Origin: Paraphysomonas bandaiensis | Taxonomy: Eukaryota > Protista > Chrysophyceae | Assembly: GCA_965644295.1 (NCBI GenBank) | Contig: CBFFRP010000213.1 | Location: 1 to 43,405 of the forward strand | Direction: 5' to 3' | DNA: 43,405 nt | Shown here: one piece after another, positions 34,012 through 43,405 of the stretch | Layout of the letters: the number at the start of each line of letters is the position of its first letter | Numbering within the stretch: position 1 is the stretch's first letter | The notes under the pieces: model-generated | What the model was told of the DNA's origin: nothing | Databases searched by the model: none | The model's input: only the letters and a program-made list of their open reading frames with translations | Made by a program: the position numbers and the translations under genes

Positions 34012-37000
34012 CTAGTCATCAGTGTATTCCTCTGACGAGTCTGATAACATTACATCGGATAATCCATCAGCAGGAGGCAAAGTGGGAACATCAACAGAAG
34101 ATCCGACTATTGGAGAGAAAGATGATTTCAAAGCCGAAATTTTTCGTTCGGTAGTGGAAGCGACAACAGAAGATTTTCTTAGAGCTCGTGACTCTTTAAC
34201 TGCCGCAACTTTCTGTGCAATAGATCGAACAAGCTTATTACAACGCTCTTCCTTGTCCATATTTTGATGCCTCTGATTCGAAACATTGAGCAGAGAACAA
34301 TGATTTGTTACAGCTGTAGTCTTTAAAGTGCCGTCATTCTCACTTTCGCTGCTGCTGGAGTTAACTGGTCTCTTTCTCGCTCTGCTTCTTGACACGTTAG
34401 CTCTACTATCAGAAGGGGGAGGTACAGGGGAGTTCATGGCACCAACGATTGTTCCAGATCGAAGAGTTCTTGGTTTAAAAACATCAACTGTCACCTCTTC
34501 GTCAAATTCTGCAGGAGGAACTAACTCTACTCTCCATGTTTCCAGAGTTTTTCGAGGGGCCTTAAGCTTCTGAGGAGACGAAGTGTTTTTATCAAACTTA
34601 ATCATCGACCTCTTCTCACTCGTAGACAAGAAGTCTTGGCACCTGACATAAAACCATTCACTAGAGCCAGGTGGAGGAGGAGATGGATTCGTGACATGGT
34701 TATAAAATTTAAAGTACACCTCATCTCGGTCTCCTCCGACGCGACGAACAACCGCATGGATCTTTCCGGTTTTGCATCTCTCCCCAAAATGAGCTTTCTG
34801 CACGTATTTATCGATAACTTTAAATGTACTTCCAACTCTATACTGAGGCGAACCATATATCGGAAGTTTGTGATCTCTTTTGCAAATTAACCAGCCGTCG
34901 TCGGAATCGCTACCAGTCGAAGAACTAGAACAGTCATCATTAAACGACAAGTCTTCTTCGCTCATGGAATTTTTATTGTTGTCGAATCCTCGTTCAGGAC
35001 TACTTCTATCAGCACTATGCTCTTGTTCAACTAAATTTTGCCCTTCGGATACCTTACCGCTTCTTAAACTCTTCAAAAACTGCTTGGTTTTCAGCTGCTG
35101 GTTACGCTTCTTCTTTTTTCGTTGTTTATCATTATTGTCTCTTCCACTGATATCCTCTTGTTCAGGACACAAAGAGTTTTTCTTTGCAGTCTTGCAGAAC
35201 ACAGGAACGGAATATAGAACACCTTCCGGTCCATCTACCACAAAGTTTGGCAAATGCATGCTTACATCATCTGCATCTACTTTACGGCCTCTGCGTGACC
35301 AATGCACATAATCAGTCATGCATGAAACACGAGAACGGCTTTTACTGGGCTGATCAAGAGATCGAGGAGGGCCCTTACTACCCTGCTTTGGCAGGAAAGG
35401 TTCACCTTTAACCAGTTGATTAAAAAATGGAATATGCAACGGATGATCCTTGATAAAATCTTCCACATCATCAGTCTGGGGGGCTATATAGTCTCGAAAA
35501 TGCTTCCACTCATCATGAAAGGTCTTCCCCACATCCGTACCATACTCCTGGCAAAATTTCATACACACATCTTCCAGCAATTTACGCGAGCCAGGCACAA
35601 ATGCTTCAGGAATAATAGCTTCCTTCTGTGGAAACTCTTTCAGCAAAAACATTCCCTGAGGAATGCTGTATGTGGGCTCAGCAAGAGGATACCATTGGAT
35701 GTCTTCCAATTCATCAGTTTCCATTCCACACAGAGCCGAATAATCTTTTACAATGCGTGTGTGACAATCTGCGGCGAATGGGCGCCAACTAGTTTTCACT
35801 CCAAGTGGGAAAAAAGGCAACAAATCTGGATCTTCAATTTTCTCAAACTTGAACTGAAGGACAGACCAATCCTTTTCACCAACACGCTTTGCATATCTTT
35901 TAAATTTAGAATCCACACTCTTCCGAATAAACTCATCGTAGTCTCCTATCACAAAAAGATCTTGAACTTTACAGGGAAGGCCATCGCGACCAACTGCAGT
36001 TTCTATGCAATTTTTGTAGTCACTCATGGTGAGCACAAAGGCATTACGAACTCTACGCCAAACCTTAGCAAAACGAGCATCAATATCTTCGTGAGTGTGG
36101 CCAACCATGAGCCGAGACATATGTAACCTCTTCACAACGCCCCTTGCAACAAGTAGCTCGCACATCCCAATCACAGTCTTAGAAACATTCTCCTTTCCAC
36201 CGTCGACTTGAATGAAAACGTCATCGGGAATTCTCCCTTCTTCGTTATATACTTTCTCAAGAGCAAGCAACAGAGTGTGTATCTGCATGTTTGCATCATT
36301 GAAACAGTTATGATAAGTTCTGAACATTTGACAATACCGGCCGTGGGCAAGGACTCCTTGGATATGCTGTGGCAACGTATCTGAACCATCCAAGTTACCA
36401 TACCAAGGAAGTTCACAATGAGCCTGCATCATCCCATCTGTAATGATGGATAGAAATTTATCAGGCATTGTCATTGCTTTCCTTCTTCTTTCATAATACA
36501 GCCTCCTTTCATTCATATAACCCATCCGATGACAAGCATGCAACATTTGAATATGTTTTCGCTCCATTCTACCCTTATGAGTTTTTCGGGCAAGTCCCAG
36601 CGCCGCGCATGTATGACACTTCCCAACAAGACCAATATACTCTCTTCGCTTTACATTCGGAAAACACTCTTCCCACAACAGTTCAAATTCACTTTTTGAA
36701 ATCACTTCTTGGCCATTCAATTGCACGTCGAAAGCATACTCATCGAATATTTCATTTGTTGTCAGTGGCTCAATAACTACATCCCATCCATTGGGTTCAG
36801 TCTCCCCAACAAGCGCAAAGAAGTCATCCAACCAGGCAAAACAATTTAAAGACTTTACGGACGAAGGAACTGCCAAAGAGGCCAGTCGATTTTTGTCGAG
36901 TGTAATGCCCCTCAAACGAGCAAACTCTTGAAAAGCATGAATAAAGTTCGGGTTATTCTTCAGGGAAACTCTTCCACCCCCATCGGTAGTACTTGCTCGA

Positions 37001-37443
37001 TGCCCAGCATCAGACGTTACAAATCCTAGCAAGCATAATAGTGAGTTAAGAGTAGAGAAAAACGAAGAATTATAAAATATACCTTGTTTGACCTCATGTC
37101 GAATGTCCATCAGCTGGGTCTTACCAATGCCATATACATTTAAAAAGCATTGCATACAAACCCCATACTCTTTATGATGTATTCCGGTACCCAGAATGTA
37201 GGGACAATCTAAATATCCACCAGAAGAGATTCCAACTGAAGCATCTCGAATCTTGCTGAAGATATAATCGTGCTTCTTGAATCTGTCCAGTTCAGCAACT
37301 TCGTCAAGACAGTGCTTGATGACAGTAATGGCACGAGCTTTCCCAAGTAACTTCAAGCATTTAGCTGGACAACATTTTTTATTGTAAATTCGTAGGGCTT
37401 GGAGTCGTTTGGCATTTTTGTCTGTGAATATAATTAACATCAC
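34012..37443 (-). CDS. DDD-type transposase (Sola-like / DUF7869-like); 5' exons unresolved
   Basis: CxxC..H motif (GKCHTC...HACH); acidic triad IITDGM, QVDGGKEN, VGHTHEDID; long low-complexity C-terminus; probable in-frame intron at ~37027-37083. Confidence 0.8.
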   Translation of the reverse strand: MMLIIFTDKNAKRLQALRIYNKKCCPAKCLKLLGKARAITVIKHCLDEVAELDRFKKHDYIFSKIRDASVGISSGGYLDCPYILGTGIHHKEYGVCMQCFLNVYGIGKTQLMDIRHEVKQGIFYNSSFFSTLNSLLCLLGFVTSDAGHRASTTDGGGRVSLKNNPNFIHAFQEFARLRGITLDKNRLASLAVPSSVKSLNCFAWLDDFFALVGETEPNGWDVVIEPLTTNEIFDEYAFDVQLNGQEVISKSEFELLWEECFPNVKRREYIGLVGKCHTCAALGLARKTHKGRMERKHIQMLHACHRMGYMNERRLYYERRRKAMTMPDKFLSIITDGMMQAHCELPWYGNLDGSDTLPQHIQGVLAHGRYCQMFRTYHNCFNDANMQIHTLLLALEKVYNEEGRIPDDVFIQVDGGKENVSKTVIGMCELLVARGVVKRLHMSRLMVGHTHEDIDARFAKVWRRVRNAFVLTMSDYKNCIETAVGRDGLPCKVQDLFVIGDYDEFIRKSVDSKFKRYAKRVGEKDWSVLQFKFEKIEDPDLLPFFPLGVKTSWRPFAADCHTRIVKDYSALCGMETDELEDIQWYPLAEPTYSIPQGMFLLKEFPQKEAIIPEAFVPGSRKLLEDVCMKFCQEYGTDVGKTFHDEWKHFRDYIAPQTDDVEDFIKDHPLHIPFFNQLVKGEPFLPKQGSKGPPRSLDQPSKSRSRVSCMTDYVHWSRRGRKVDADDVSMHLPNFVVDGPEGVLYSVPVFCKTAKKNSLCPEQEDISGRDNNDKQRKKKKRNQQLKTKQFLKSLRSGKVSEGQNLVEQEHSADRSSPERGFDNNKNSMSEEDLSFNDDCSSSSTGSDSDDGWLICKRDHKLPIYGSPQYRVGSTFKVIDKYVQKAHFGERCKTGKIHAVVRRVGGDRDEVYFKFYNHVTNPSPPPPGSSEWFYVRCQDFLSTSEKRSMIKFDKNTSSPQKLKAPRKTLETWRVELVPPAEFDEEVTVDVFKPRTLRSGTIVGAMNSPVPPPSDSRANVSRSRARKRPVNSSSSESENDGTLKTTAVTNHCSLLNVSNQRHQNMDKEERCNKLVRSIAQKVAAVKESRALRKSSVVASTTERKISALKSSFSPIVGSSVDVPTLPPADGLSDVMLSDSSEEYTDD

Positions 37444-37852
37444 CCCAACATCGGCAGGTATTCATTGTTACCATCAAGGAGCTGATGCCTGTTATAAACT
37501 CCTGGTCCTACATGCCCTAACCCATGTGGCATACTTTATATTAAGCACAGTTTTGATGTGTATTATAACGTGATGCCTCTCTAAGGAAGTATTGAAACAT
37601 GTTGCCAGAGGTATTGTACGTGCTTACTGATATGCTGCGACATGACGTGTACACCTCCCACCTACCCTCGTACTATTATTATCCAATCATTTTAGTCATT
37701 ATCATTACATACAAATATGATTGGTCAAAAATTTGGTTCAAGTTGCATTTATCGTTTTTTTGTGTATCAACACGCTGTGATGACAATGAGTTCATGACTC
37801 TTAAGCAGACATTGCGGGGTAAACGACAAGATTTTGGCCCCATAAGCAAGCA

Positions 37853-39603
37853 ATGTCTTCACCTCATACCACTACCACAAATGTTGCCACCGATTACGAA
37901 ATGCTGCAATGTAAGGGGAAGAATTGTGGTGGCAAAATGTTTAAATCAAACGAAGTTGGTGCCAACAAGGTGTTGATGCTGTGCGCTCTGTGCCACAACT
38001 CCTTAAAATCTTTCATTGAAGGTGAGCACATATCCATTATTTTAATTACAACTTCTAAATAAATTGTAGAAGGCGATATATCTGGACAAACAAGTGAGAA
38101 TATTTCTGATTCTTCAGGGATTCCGTCAAGATTCTTTGGAAATGAGGACGAGGAAGGTACAAAAACACCTTTATCCAATGAGATGAACGATGAAGAAGTT
38201 GACATAGATGAGCAACACACCAACCAGCAGCAAGAGGCGGATTCCTCTTCTGTATTACCAGTTGTTCTACCAGTCGACACTCCAGCTCCACCGTCTAACA
38301 TCGGACAGATGAAGGCAATGTTTCGTGTTCTGGTCTCAATGGCAAGAAATGAAACCATGACCATGACATTGAATTCGGCTTTACTACAGTGGGAATTAGC
38401 AGATGCTGCTATATCTATCATGAAGAACACGCATCACTTCTTTGTGGTGGGGCGGGAGAGGTTAAAATTATATTGGTTTGAGCAGTATGGCGCCATTATG
38501 ACCCCATCTCACCTGTACGTGGAGTACTGTAGCTTGTCCAATGGCGATGTAATTGTTGGTGTGTGGGAAACGCGGTGTAATAGACCATTTCATGCTATTC
38601 TTGTTTGGAGGAGACCTACCGGGAAATGTGAACTTTTCACGGTTGCTGATCATCGGCACGTTTTCCTTGGTGTTGTTCTGGATCCTTCTGCAACATTTGA
38701 CTTTGAGATTTGCTACAAGTAAGTAATAACTAACACTTTGTCGTGTGTATTACCTTCTAAATTTTATTACTCTAGAGCTAAAATGGAATGGCTTGTCGTA
38801 CATCGTCGTATTTTCGATATCAAGAGGGGTTTGCATGAAAACTGCAAGTATGTGATTTAGCTATACTCCACTGTTACTTATAATCGAAACTATGTTGTAG
38901 ACATCCTGAAGTCAGTGATCCGCATGACAGTGATGGTGACGATGATGCCAGTAGTGATGGTCATGGTGGTATTGGAGAGGATTATAATTTATCGGATGAG
39001 GGTGAGGATGAGGTGATTGAGGACTCAGTTGCCACTACTTCCGCCAGTGATTCTCTGAAATCTCTCAGAAAATCACGAAGAAAGCGCAAGCCAGTAACTC
39101 AAATTTATTCACCTGCCATAGAAAAACGGCCAAAAAGAAGAGAAGCACAAAAAAAGGTAGTGAAAGAGAGGAAGAAACCCACCACTGGATCACAACCTCG
39201 CCGTTCCCCCCGGAAACATGTTATCAAGGAAAGTCATAACGATGCGCCGCTGCGTAAACGACCACCGCTGCCTCCTCCATCCAAGCGATTAGCCCCACCC
39301 AGCGGTGATGATGACATTAAAGCAGTGCTTACCAAGATGGTTCAGCAACAAAGTGAGCTTCTGAAGCTCATGCATGATAATTGCAATGCAACTGAGCCTG
39401 GCTTGCGTGAAGAAAAAACTTCTACTCCTTCTTCGAAGCAGCTTTCTGATCCAACCCTGCAACGTAAGCATTCGATGCAATCCTTCATCGAGAACAATCT
39501 CGAGATGGCACGGCTAATCGAGGAGAACGCAAGGCTCCGAAAGGAGCGCTTGGTTCAAAAATTTTTGTCCTCATATATGAGGAATGATGATGGCAACTTT
39601 TAA
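37853..39603 (+). CDS. Element E accessory protein (spliced; Cys4 finger-like N-terminus, acidic and basic tracts, C-terminal coiled coil)
   Basis: Intron 38022-38069 joins ORF 37853 to ORF 38183 in frame. Further GT-AG pairs near 38719-38775 and ~38848-38900 lead to ORF 39013-39603. Confidence 0.65.
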
Positions 39604-40153
39604 TGCTGGCGACATTAATGTATGTGCTTCACACTTATTGTTGGTTTCGTTGTTGTAACATACTACATACGAATTAATTATGTTGTTATTGCTAGGGTAT
39701 TAAGATTAATATGATAAGAAAATACTTCTCTTGTTGGTGAGTAGTAGTCATGAATGATTAGCAATTATGTAATGTATATATATATGAATCGAGATAATAC
39801 TATTATGTATTAAATGTATAGTGATGTATACAAGTATCATAATAATACGCTAGATACATACTGTTTAAAAATATTGTAAAACGAAGTTTTCATTCTTTAA
39901 CTTATGTTTTTAATTACTATTTCATTGAGATGATACATCATAAAGTGATTTACTTTTGATTTTAAAACTTTGAATTTGCCGTTAAAAACTTCAACTTCAA
40001 CATTCAATATGTGACAAATTTTAATGCAAAAAATAATTTTAATATACTGACAATATTCAGCGCATACATACTTGCAACTATAGCACTATTATAGCCTTAT
40101 CTAAAAATTGACCGGGAAGCGGCCAATTGACCGGCTATGTATTGGGTTCACTT

Positions 40154-43100
40154 CTGGGCTCTTGCAGAGAGTGTAGTTCGTGGGGTGGATGTCGCCTGGA
40201 GTAGCTGGAGTACTTTTGGTGTCGGGTGGGTATCCTGGGGCTGGCGTTGCTTTGCGTGTGTCGGGACCGGTGTCGCCGGTGCCGTGTCTACGTTGTGGTG
40301 TCTGTGTCCCCTATTGCGAAGCATGCGGAGCCCTCCATCATATAGGGGGAGTAGGATAGAGGCGATGGATTTTTCTAGGGCGTGGAATTGATGTTCGAGC
40401 AGTGAGCTGGATATGTGGCGTCCGAATGCGCCGGCCATTTGTGTGGCAGTAATGTGGCCGGTCCAGTAGCGCTCAACCTGGGGGGTGGTTGGGTTCCATG
40501 CGGCTTTGGCTAGTTTGGTTATGGCGGTGTAAAACCAGGGATGGGGGAGCGTGCGTGTGCGAAGTTTGTCAAGCTTATTGTGGTGTGCTTGGTGGACATC
40601 TTCACGTATGTGAATGATGTCAGGGTGAGTGCAGGTGAGAAGCATGTGCGCCATGTTGTCTGTGGGGTGTGCACAGTCTGCGCATGTGGAAGCCGTTGTG
40701 CGATCGTGTCCGGATTTTCCTTTGGCTCGGTTTCTACCCATTGCAAAGGATTTGTCCCATACGTATGCCGTCTCGCGTATACGCTCTGCGAGGGGGATGT
40801 AGTGTTTGGAGGAGTTATGGGTACGGAGGGGATGGAGCTTGTGTGGGAGCCTTGTTCCGCTGCGTGTCCAATACTGCGGGTCTCGTTGCGTTTGTGCAGC
40901 ATACATGCTATCTCGTCGGAGGGTGTATTGATGGAGGTCCCACTGGTGGTGGAGATCTGTAACGTCTCCTAGCATAGGACCGAGGTCTGTGAGGAGGTGT
41001 GTATCGTATCTACGCCAGTGCCATTGACCCGTGGTGAAGAATTCTTCCAGTATGTGCGTAGCGTCTGTTGTGACAACACTGTAGTTGGAGGCTCCGAGCA
41101 CTTTGTCTAGTGTCTTCCAGTCGCCGCTGGCGGCGGCGTCAGCTATATAAATGCCGTGGTCAGTGTAGGTCCAGTTGCTTTGATCTTGTGTTCTACGTTC
41201 GGGGTGCGAACGCGTCCATTGTATTGGGCGCTGTTTAAGAGCTGTGGTGGCGAGGCATTCGTAAAATATTCCCTGGGGCTTTGTTCCGAGGGCGCGCCGT
41301 CTGTGTGAGAGGGCCTCTTTGGTCCGCGTCTGTACCGCCTGGCAGTCAGTCCAGATTGGCACGGAAGAGTGGAGTACATTGGAGAATGTCAGTGCTGCTG
41401 ACATTGCAAGGGTTTCGTAGGTGTATGCGTTGAGGCCAGGCGCTGTGTACTGTGGTGCCGTAAGTTGTAGGATTTTGGTTTGTCTGTGACCCCAGGTGTT
41501 CTTGGGCGGGAGCCATACAATTGCAGCTCCTCCGTCGTGAGAATTGGGCTGTGTGTGGGTGTTGCCGAGTAGGTGAGCAGGGGTGAGGTGTGTGCGTGTG
41601 AAGGATCCATCCGTGAAGATGGCTTTGTAAGCATATTTGTGATCATTGTACAGTTGTAGCTGTGATTGGACTTTGTCAATGGTAGCTCGGAATTGTGGCG
41701 TAGCTGGGGAGGGAGGTTGTATTCTGATGCCTAGTTGTTGCCCCCATTGTACCAGACTGGTGATGTACGTGTCAACGTCCTGGGTGTGTCCATCCGTGAA
41801 GATGGCTTTGTAAGCATATTTGTGATCATTGTACAGTTGTAGCTGTGATTGGACTTTGTCAATGGTAGCTCGGAATTGTGGCGTAGCTGGGGAGGGAGGT
41901 TGTATTCTGATGCCTAGTTGTTGCCCCCATTGTACCAGACTGGTGATGTACGTGTCAACGTCCTGGGGGGGGTGCTCGTAGCGTTGCAAGAGCGATATGG
42001 CCGCACTCTTGGGCTGTCCTCCGAGTGTGAGAGCTCGTTGAAGAGTATGCCATTTCTGAGTCTGGGCGTGGGTTGAAAATTTGCGCAGTCCAAGCCCTTT
42101 GTATTTCGGGGGAAGGTAGATAAGATCCGTGGGATATCCAGGGGGGAGACGGAGTATTTTCCTAGCGGCCTGCGCGAGTAGTTTGTCTATGGCGATGTAT
42201 TTAGCGTATGTCCAGGATGCTTTGGTGGCCTTGTATAGTAGGGTCGGGAGTATTTGTGTGTTGAGGACGAGTAGCTTGCAGTCAGGTGTCGCGCATTTGG
42301 ATCGTAGAACTGCCGTGGATGTGGCTATGTAGGTGGTGCACCAGCTGTGGGAGTCGGTGTCCTTTACTGAGAATGGAAGTTGTACGCCGAGATACTTGGT
42401 GGAATTGGTGGTTGTTCGGATGGGGATGGGGTGTGGGCACCAGTTCCAGTCTCTTATGATGATGTGTGGGTTTGATTCTAACATGGCCGTCACCGCAAAT
42501 GGGGCTCCCAGGGCAATGCATTCAGTTTTGGGGATGTTTAGTTGCATTCCGGAGAAGGCGCAGAAGGATGAGAGTTTGTCGGCCTTGAGCTGAGTGGCCT
42601 CAATGGAAGTTGTGATTTGGGAGAGGTCATCTGCGTACGCCTCATCTTGGCTATCATCATGTAGGTCAGACCAGCATAGGATCATGTCAAAGATGACGAT
42701 CCATGCAACTGTGGATTCAGTTCCACCTTGTGTGACCCCTCTCTCCGCGGAGAATCCCATGTCAGGGTGCTGGATAAAGGAGCCATCTGAGCCAAGCAGT
42801 TCTTCGAGTGATCGGGGATCGATGTTGTCGGCCATGTGTGGGGTCCAGATGAAGGTGCGACCCCCATCGTCGAGGTCGCTTAGCCATTTGATCGTGTCAT
42901 CGGGGACACCAAGTCTTGCCCATGCTAATTTGAGAAGATTGGGTGCGATGGAGTCGAAGGCCTTTTGAAAGTCCCAGAAGGTGCAGAGTTTCACATGCCC
43001 GGTAAGTTTGGCCAGTTCCGTGGCCGCGAGGACTCGTAGAATGGCCGTGTCCGTGCCGTGTCGCCATCGATAGCCGTGTTGCGCAGGGTGTAGGACTTCA

Positions 43101-43248
43101 TCTTCTTCCCATATGTGGAGGAGCCGGTGGGTGATGATACGGGTCATTAGTTTGCGCAAAACCTCTAGGAGCCCTATCGGTCGGAGGTTCTTTAGAGACG
43201 TGTGTCCTGGTTTTTTAAGAAGTGGCGTCATGACTCTGTCTCTCCACC
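40154..43248 (-). pseudogene. LINE F ORF: RT, RNase H, CCHC
   Basis: NLRPIGLL, DFQKAFDSI, GVTQGG, AYADDL, KYLGV; RNase H IFTDGS/ETLA/WTDC/SH/ADAAA; CADC..H....C. Confidence 0.92.
41606..41967. repeat. In-frame tandem duplication (179 bp plus 4-bp filler; period 183 bp)
   Basis: Copies at 41606-41784 and 41789-41967. Confidence 0.95.
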
Positions 43249-43393
43249 GTTGCACCAAGGTGCTTGCAGCAATGCACAAGCAGTCCCGAGAAAACTCAGT
43301 ATTTAGCAACTCTGATACCACTAGTCTAAAGTCGTAGATAGCTAAAAAAAAACAAAGTAGTTCTCTCATGTAATAATCAGATCTGTATATATA
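43249..43393 (+). mobile_element. Short retroposed element (5'-truncated LINE 3' end or SINE), inserted antisense into the RT of LINE F
   Basis: Flanked by TSD tgtctctccacc (43237-43248 / 43394-43405, reaching the window edge); similar to F's 3' UTR; ends in (ta)n. Confidence 0.8.
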
Positions 43394-43405
43394 TGTCTCT
43401 CCACC

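Larger units (their letters stand above)
33571..40153. mobile_element. Element E: two-gene TIR DNA transposon (Sola-like transposase), apparently intact
   Basis: 247-bp TIRs (33571-33817 / 39907-40153; one mismatch seen) starting AAGTGAACCC. TSD is ct, or tct if the right end is 1 nt shorter. It interrupts the LINE ORF. Confidence 0.92.
33175..43405 (-). mobile_element. Non-LTR retrotransposon F with RT, RNase H and a CCHC motif; 5' part lies outside the window; interrupted by E and by a short insertion
   Basis: Removing E restores the frame ...ARAQ-RQGQ...KGRPPD* (stop at 33386-33388), followed by a 3' UTR and a TA/TAA-rich tail at ~33175-33215. Confidence 0.85.

Noticed and set aside
34022-36776. 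Plus-strand ORFs opposite the E transposase (and similar ORFs opposite pol and the LINE)
   Set aside because: Antisense shadows of long coding frames with no independent features.
43249-43369. Hydrophobic signal-like N-terminus on the LINE RT ORF
   Set aside because: It is the antisense reading of a TSD-flanked insertion.

Overview
Eukaryotic genomic DNA (short GT-AG introns of about 50-130 bp; protist-like, taxon not determinable here), mostly nested transposable elements. Left block: a Mutator-like element (1036-25499, 76-bp TIRs, 9-bp TSD TTTCACTTG) sits in a probable non-LTR 3' remnant. Its transposase is interrupted by a 2-kb non-autonomous TIR element D (1785-3770) and by a chromodomain Ty3/gypsy element A (5626-24646, minus strand). 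The gag of A is in turn interrupted by two near-identical, oppositely oriented copies of a second gypsy family, B1 (10888-~16097) and B2 (17429-23011). Middle: two host genes, a spliced fumarylacetoacetase-maleylacetoacetate isomerase (FAH-GSTZ) fusion and a tandem PH-like domain gene. Right block: an RT+RNase H non-LTR element, interrupted by a 6.6-kb two-gene TIR transposon E (33571-40153, Sola-like DDD transposase) and by a short retroposed 3'-end copy. Best novelty candidates: (i) both gypsy families have a perfect palindrome in place of a tRNA primer-binding site, abutting the 5' LTR; (ii) D and E define a two-gene, AAG...CTT-terminated transposon group with 2-3 bp TSDs; (iii) gypsy A has an IFDN RT active site and an in-frame UGA upstream of pol; (iv) the FAH-MAAI fusion. 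All comparisons were made by eye; no searches were run.
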